Shown: positions 59,283 to 64,000 of the stretch, piece by piece
Layout: each line of letters starts with the position of its first letter
Numbering within the stretch: position 1 is the stretch's first letter
Assembly: GCF_018350175.1 (NCBI RefSeq)
Contig: NC_058374.1
Coordinates: forward strand, 123,256,001 to 123,320,000
Reading direction: 5' to 3'
Source of the DNA: Felis catus
Taxonomy: Eukaryota
DNA: 64,000 nucleotides
The notes under the pieces: generated by a model
Databases searched by the model: none
What the model saw: the letters and a program-made list of their open reading frames with translations, nothing else
What the model was told of the DNA's origin: nothing
Made by a program: the position numbers and the translations under genes

Positions 59283-60699
59283 AAATATTTAAAAAAAACA
59301 AAAAACAAAATAAAATGAAAAAACAAAACCACTTTAAAATGTCAGCTATTTCAGAGTGCTTTTGGAATTTGGAATGCTTTCTGCAAATTTTACTCCAGTT
59401 AAGATAACTGTATCTGGTTTGTTTTTCCTGCAAGCCTTCGCTGGATCTAAGTCACTAAACTCGTTAGATGTATTTTTTATCGAGGGACTGGCCCCACATT
59501 TAAGACTCTTGTGTCTCAGAGAGAGAGAGAAAGAGAAAGAGAGAACTTTTATTTCCAAAAATTTAATTTCGTTTATGTCTTTACACTAAACTATGAAATG
59601 ATGGTTTTGATTCAGTGATGGGAGAAATCAAAAAGGAAGAGGGAAATTAAATTCATGTGCATTTATTTGTCTGTGTGTGCCACAGAAATGGCCTAATCTC
59701 CATGCTCAGGGCATTTTATGTCTAACTCAACATGTGTAGCCAACAATCTTTTCCCAAAATAACTAACAGCAAAAATATAAATGTATATATTTTAACCAAC
59801 TCCACCAAGTGTGTGTAAGCCAAGTTTTTAAGCACCTGACATTGGCCTTTCAAATGAAAACATAATGCAATTCCATTTAACACACAAAACCATATTTTGG
59901 GGCAACCTCCCAGCTCAGAACATGAAAGTGCGAAAGGAGACAAGGTTAGAGGATTGGGTCGGTACAAGAATATCTGTCTGCAAGCAGCACATTTTACACT
60001 GGAACGTGACAGGTGACATGGTTATTTGTCTGCAAGTTTTCACCCCAGGGGATAAAAAAGGAGAGGGAAAAAAGTAAATGTATTTTAGCAAATAGTAGAC
60101 ACTGTGGGGTGTCCTCTTTTCCAAGCCAGCAATGGCGTTTTCAACCCCCTGACCCATGAAAGGGGACATTGGTAGTTCAATGCCCACCAAATGGCAGGTT
60201 TGGAATTCCGTATTGGAAAATTACTAGGTAGAAGGAAATTCAATTTCTAAGAGCAAAATAAGCCAGAGGATCTGGAGGAGGCCAGGCTCCCTGACTGTTA
60301 CCTTCAATGCCGTTCCTGACCCCTACACTCCTTCCTCCTTGCTTGGGTCACATCCCAGACCTGAGAAATCAGCGTGGGGGGGGGGTACCACCCTAGACAC
60401 CAAGAACCCGGGAAAACTGATCTCCAATGAGTGACAAACCCTGCCCCCTGTTGCCTGACTGTCTCCCCGTGCTCAATGGAGACTTGCAAAACCTCACCCA
60501 GTTAATATAAGAAGAGTGAAAATTCACCTCATATTTTGTAACAAGTATCTCCCAAGGCTTGCAGTTCCAAATGGAATTCCAAATGGCGTCTACAACGTCT
60601 TTTTCTAATAGGAGAAAAGGGCCTTGAAGAATTTATCAGATGAGATAACAGAAACGTTTGGGAGATTTTTTTAGATGATGGTAACCTCTGAAGCATAAA

Positions 60700-61085
60700 C
60701 CAAATACTGATTAGGAGTCTGACTACCTGAGGATGAATTTCAGCTCTGCCATTTCCTACTTATATATGATGTGCTAGGATTTTACACGACTANNNNNNNN
60801 NNNNNNNNNNNNNNNNNNNNNNNNNNNNNNNNNNNNNNNNNNNNNNNNNNNNNNNNNNNNNNNNNNNNNNNNNNNNNNNNNNNNNNNNNNNNNNNNNNNN
60901 NNNNNNNNNNNNNNNNNNNNNNNNNNNNNNNNNNNNNNNNNNNNNNNNNNNNNNNNNNNNNNNNNNNNNNNNNNNNNNNNNNNNNNNNNATCACAGGATT
61001 GTTGTGGAGATCAAAGGAGCTAATCCAAACATAGCATATACTAGTGTTTCACAGTCAAGAGTTAACTCAATTACTACTATGTTTA
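60700..61085 (+). mobile_element. MIR spanning an N-run
   Basis: gaatttcagctctgccatttcctact before the Ns and tcacaggattgttgtggagat after them. Confidence 0.65.
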
Positions 61086-61689
61086 CCATTATTATTATCT
61101 TCTGAATAGAAATAAAATATAAACTTGGGTAATGTGTATTGATTGGGAGACTCCTGACCAAAGAATCTTGGACATATACTTTGGGAGCTTCGGCTGAAAT
61201 GCTTCTCAGTGTTTCTTTGGCTTCCTTCTCTTAAAAGAACATAAGTCAGAGGAAGAGGAGGAGAAGAAAAAGCCAAAAGAATGCATTTGTAGGCAATCTT
61301 GGCTCTAAACACAAACCATTTATCTCCCCAGAGCTTTGTGGCTATTTGCAGCCACCTTTGCAAGACTGAGGAAAGTCCCGTGGTATTTTCCCATCCTTAA
61401 GCCATATCTGAAGTAACGAGGTAAGTCCCTTAATGAAAAATGAGACACCAAAGAGGCAGAGATGTACAATTTTCTGATTTAGCAATGTACTAGGCAAAGT
61501 AGATGTTGGTATCAGCTTTCATCATGGCAAGGCAGTGAGGGAAGTCTTCCACACGGATTTATTACATTTGGGGGTTGAGCTTTAACATGCATTCCTCATG
61601 CTCACAGGGGGTGGTACAATTTTGAGGGGTGGGAGAACAACTACTTAGCATTCACATCCTTAAAAATATGTATATATCACATTATCCAT

Positions 61690-62122
61690 TGTATGTCGCC
61701 GGCCTTCTTGGTTGCAGGCAACAGAAACTGAGTTGGGCAATTTAAGCAAAAGGGATTATTCCGGAATGATACGAGACTGTTTAGCAGGACCAGCCTCCGA
61801 ATGCACGAGAACCATCGCGACTGCGCGGAACCAAGCAGTAAGAAGCACACCTCTGCGGCTGAAGAGTCATCACTGACCTCTCCACGCTGTGTCCTACTCT
61901 CAAGAGGTGGAATCCTAGGACAGCATATCTGATTGGTGGAGGTTGGTCATGTGCCCCTCCCTGCCGTTCTGGGCTGTGTTGGGGCTGTGTTCTCCCCAGC
62001 GCCAAAAGGAGGGCACTGTCTCCTCGCACCGCTGCCCCCAAAGGAGGATTCTCCAGGAAAGCAGTAAGGATGTTCTGAGGCCTAGTATTGGATAGTGGGC
62101 ACCCGGATAAATCGCTACTACA
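61690..62122 (-). mobile_element. MaLR solo LTR (MLT1J/K-like)
   Basis: ttcttggttgcaggcaacagaaac end, ctgattggtggaggttggtcatgtgccc, and TG..CA termini. Confidence 0.8.
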
Positions 62123-62238
62123 CTGTACTTTTCTAAACATTGCAAAAAAGTTAGAATTAAACTCATATCTAATCATGGTTATCACCTTTCACACATTTTT
62201 AAAAATTCCTATGTTTATTCTAAATAGGTAATTCTTAG

Positions 62239-62443
62239 GGGTGCCTGGGTGGCTCATTCGGTTAAGCACCAGACTTCCGTTGCGTCATGATCTCTCCTTT
62301 TGTGGGTTCCAGCCCGGCCTGGGGCTCTGTGCTGACAGCTCCGAGCCTGGAGCCTGCCTCAGATTCTGTATCTCCCGCTCTCTCTGCCCCTTCCCTGCTT
62401 GCTCTCTCTCTCTCTCTCAAAAATAAATAAACATAAAAAAATT
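62239..62443 (+). mobile_element. Can-SINE
   Basis: Perfect 18-bp TSD taaataggtaattcttag. Confidence 0.96.
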
Positions 62444-62559
62444 TAAATAGGTAATTCTTAGACTTCTGAGTTTTCTAGTTCCAATTCAGTAGGTATGGAT
62501 CTTAATTTATCTCAAAGAGGTCTTGCGAGAAAGGGTAGAAATGAGCATGGCTATTAACA

Positions 62560-63530
62560 GAGATGTTATAGTTCAGGCTCACCTCCCTTGCTTTGAAAAA
62601 GATGGGCTAAATTTATTGCTTGCATATGAAATTGACCAACATGAAAATGGAATAATACCCAGCAGTGATGAAGTTATAGTGAACCAGGCACTCTCATACA
62701 TTGCTAGATAGAGATTAAATTTGTGCAGCTCATCTGAGCGGCAATTTAGTATTATGTATCAAGGGGCTTAAAAGTGTCCACAACCTCTGACCTAATAATT
62801 CCACTGCTAGAAGTTTATCCTAAGGGAAAAAATAGTCTAAGCACAAAGATATGTATTGCAACATTGTATATAATTGTGAAAAATTAGAAACCACAAAAAT
62901 GTCCAACAAACGATGGATTGGTTGAGTAAACTGTGGTACACCCTAGAATGAAATACTTTCTGGTTATTAAAAGATGTTATGAGAATATTTATCAATATTT
63001 TAAGATATTTATGATATGTTGTTGATGAACAAAAAAATGTTACAAAGGAGTATGTGAAATATGGCAAACTTTCTTTTTTTTTTTAATTTTTTTTTTCAAC
63101 GTTTATTTATTTTTGCGACAGAGAGAGACAGAGCTTGAATGGGGGAGGGGCAGAGAGAGAGGGAGACACAGAATCGGAAACAGGCTCCAGGCTCTGAGCC
63201 ATCAGCCCAGAGCCCGACGCGGGGCTCGAACTCACGGACCACGAGATCGTGACCTGGCTGAAGTCGGACGCTTAACCGACTGTGCCACCCAGGCGCCCCA
63301 AAACTTTCTATTTAAAAAGTGGAAATACAGTTTGTGTAGATTAATATATATAAATATACAAAAAGAAGAAAAAAATGTTTGGAAAGCCACACCAAACGCT
63401 AATAATGGTAACCTCAGGGGATGGGATTATGGGTGATTTTATGTTTTTCTTTTGTATTTTGTTGGATAATTTTGTCTTTATGTACTATAAATATAATTGA
63501 AATATAATAAACATTTTTAATAAAGCTTTT
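62560..63530 (+). mobile_element. Old L1 (L1ME-like) ORF2 end and 3'UTR
   Basis: ctgacctaataattccactgctagaagtttatcctaagg...aaatgtccaacaaacgatggattggttgagtaaactgtggtac. Confidence 0.75.
63075..63299 (-). mobile_element. Young felid SINE (SINEC_Fc-type)
   Basis: TSD aaactttct. Confidence 0.97.
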
Positions 63531-63556
63531 TTTAGGTTAAGAATATATAATCTACC

Positions 63557-63754
63557 GGGGCGTTTGGGTGGCTCAGTCAGTCAAGCATCCAACTTCGGCT
63601 TAGGTCATTATCTCACAGTCTGTGAGTTCGAGCCCTGTGTTGGGCTCTGTGCTGACAGCTCAGAGCCTGGAGCCTGCTTTGGATTCTGTGTCTCCCTCTC
63701 TCGTTGCCCCCCCCCCCTCAAAAATAAAATAAACATTAAAAATTTTTTAAAAAC
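63557..63754 (+). mobile_element. Can-SINE
   Basis: Perfect 15-bp TSD aatatataatctacc. Confidence 0.96.
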
Positions 63755-64000
63755 AATATATAATCTACCATAAATTAGCATGTAGAGGCGAGGTCAATAT
63801 CACAGATACTATTTCAGAATTTGCTTTGTGTAAATTGTGCTCTTTTAGGAAAAATGCCTCTTTGCACAAGTCCGAATCATCTTGAAAGCATCCTTACATG
63901 TTTATAAGACAGATCATAATGTTCTTTCTTAGGTCTCTGTTCACATGATGAGGCGAAAGCAATTTAAAAAAAAATTATCTACTAATGTGGTTTGCATAAC

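Noticed and set aside
61332-61420. Plus-strand segment with a perfect GAG/gtaagt donor
   Set aside because: Stops in all frames and only a moderate acceptor; indistinguishable from a background pseudo-exon without RNA data.
1-64000. Search for rRNA, snRNA, NUMT, processed pseudogene, retroviral gag/pol/env, CRISPR or operon-like systems
   Set aside because: None recognised by eye; an Rfam, Dfam and BLASTX search would be needed to exclude weak hits.

Overview
Mammalian nuclear DNA, almost certainly from a felid. It contains 31 tRNA-derived carnivore SINEs (Can-SINE/SINEC), seven of them young Felidae-type SINEC_Fc copies, most with clear target-site duplications (TSDs). The window is intronic or intergenic and repeat-rich: carnivore L1 3' fragments, a near full-length fossil L1 (~29.5-37.1 kb) with many nested insertions, L2, MIR, MaLR/ERVL solo LTRs, hAT MITEs (MER5A, MER20, MER33, MER94), microsatellites and ten N-runs. 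I recognise no protein-coding gene, structural RNA gene, CRISPR array or prokaryotic-type system; every ORF I could assign derives from a repeat or spans Ns. I found no convincing novel biological system. The best leads are modest: an N-run whose flanks look like exon boundaries (22.6 kb), several unverified splice-bounded candidate exons, an unexplained 59-bp dispersed repeat (37.7/39.5 kb), a nested inverted-repeat structure inside the fossil L1 (31.9-32.3 kb) and a few motif-dense, repeat-free putative enhancers. Repeat family names come from my recollection of consensus sequences, not from a database search, and boundaries of old repeats are approximate.
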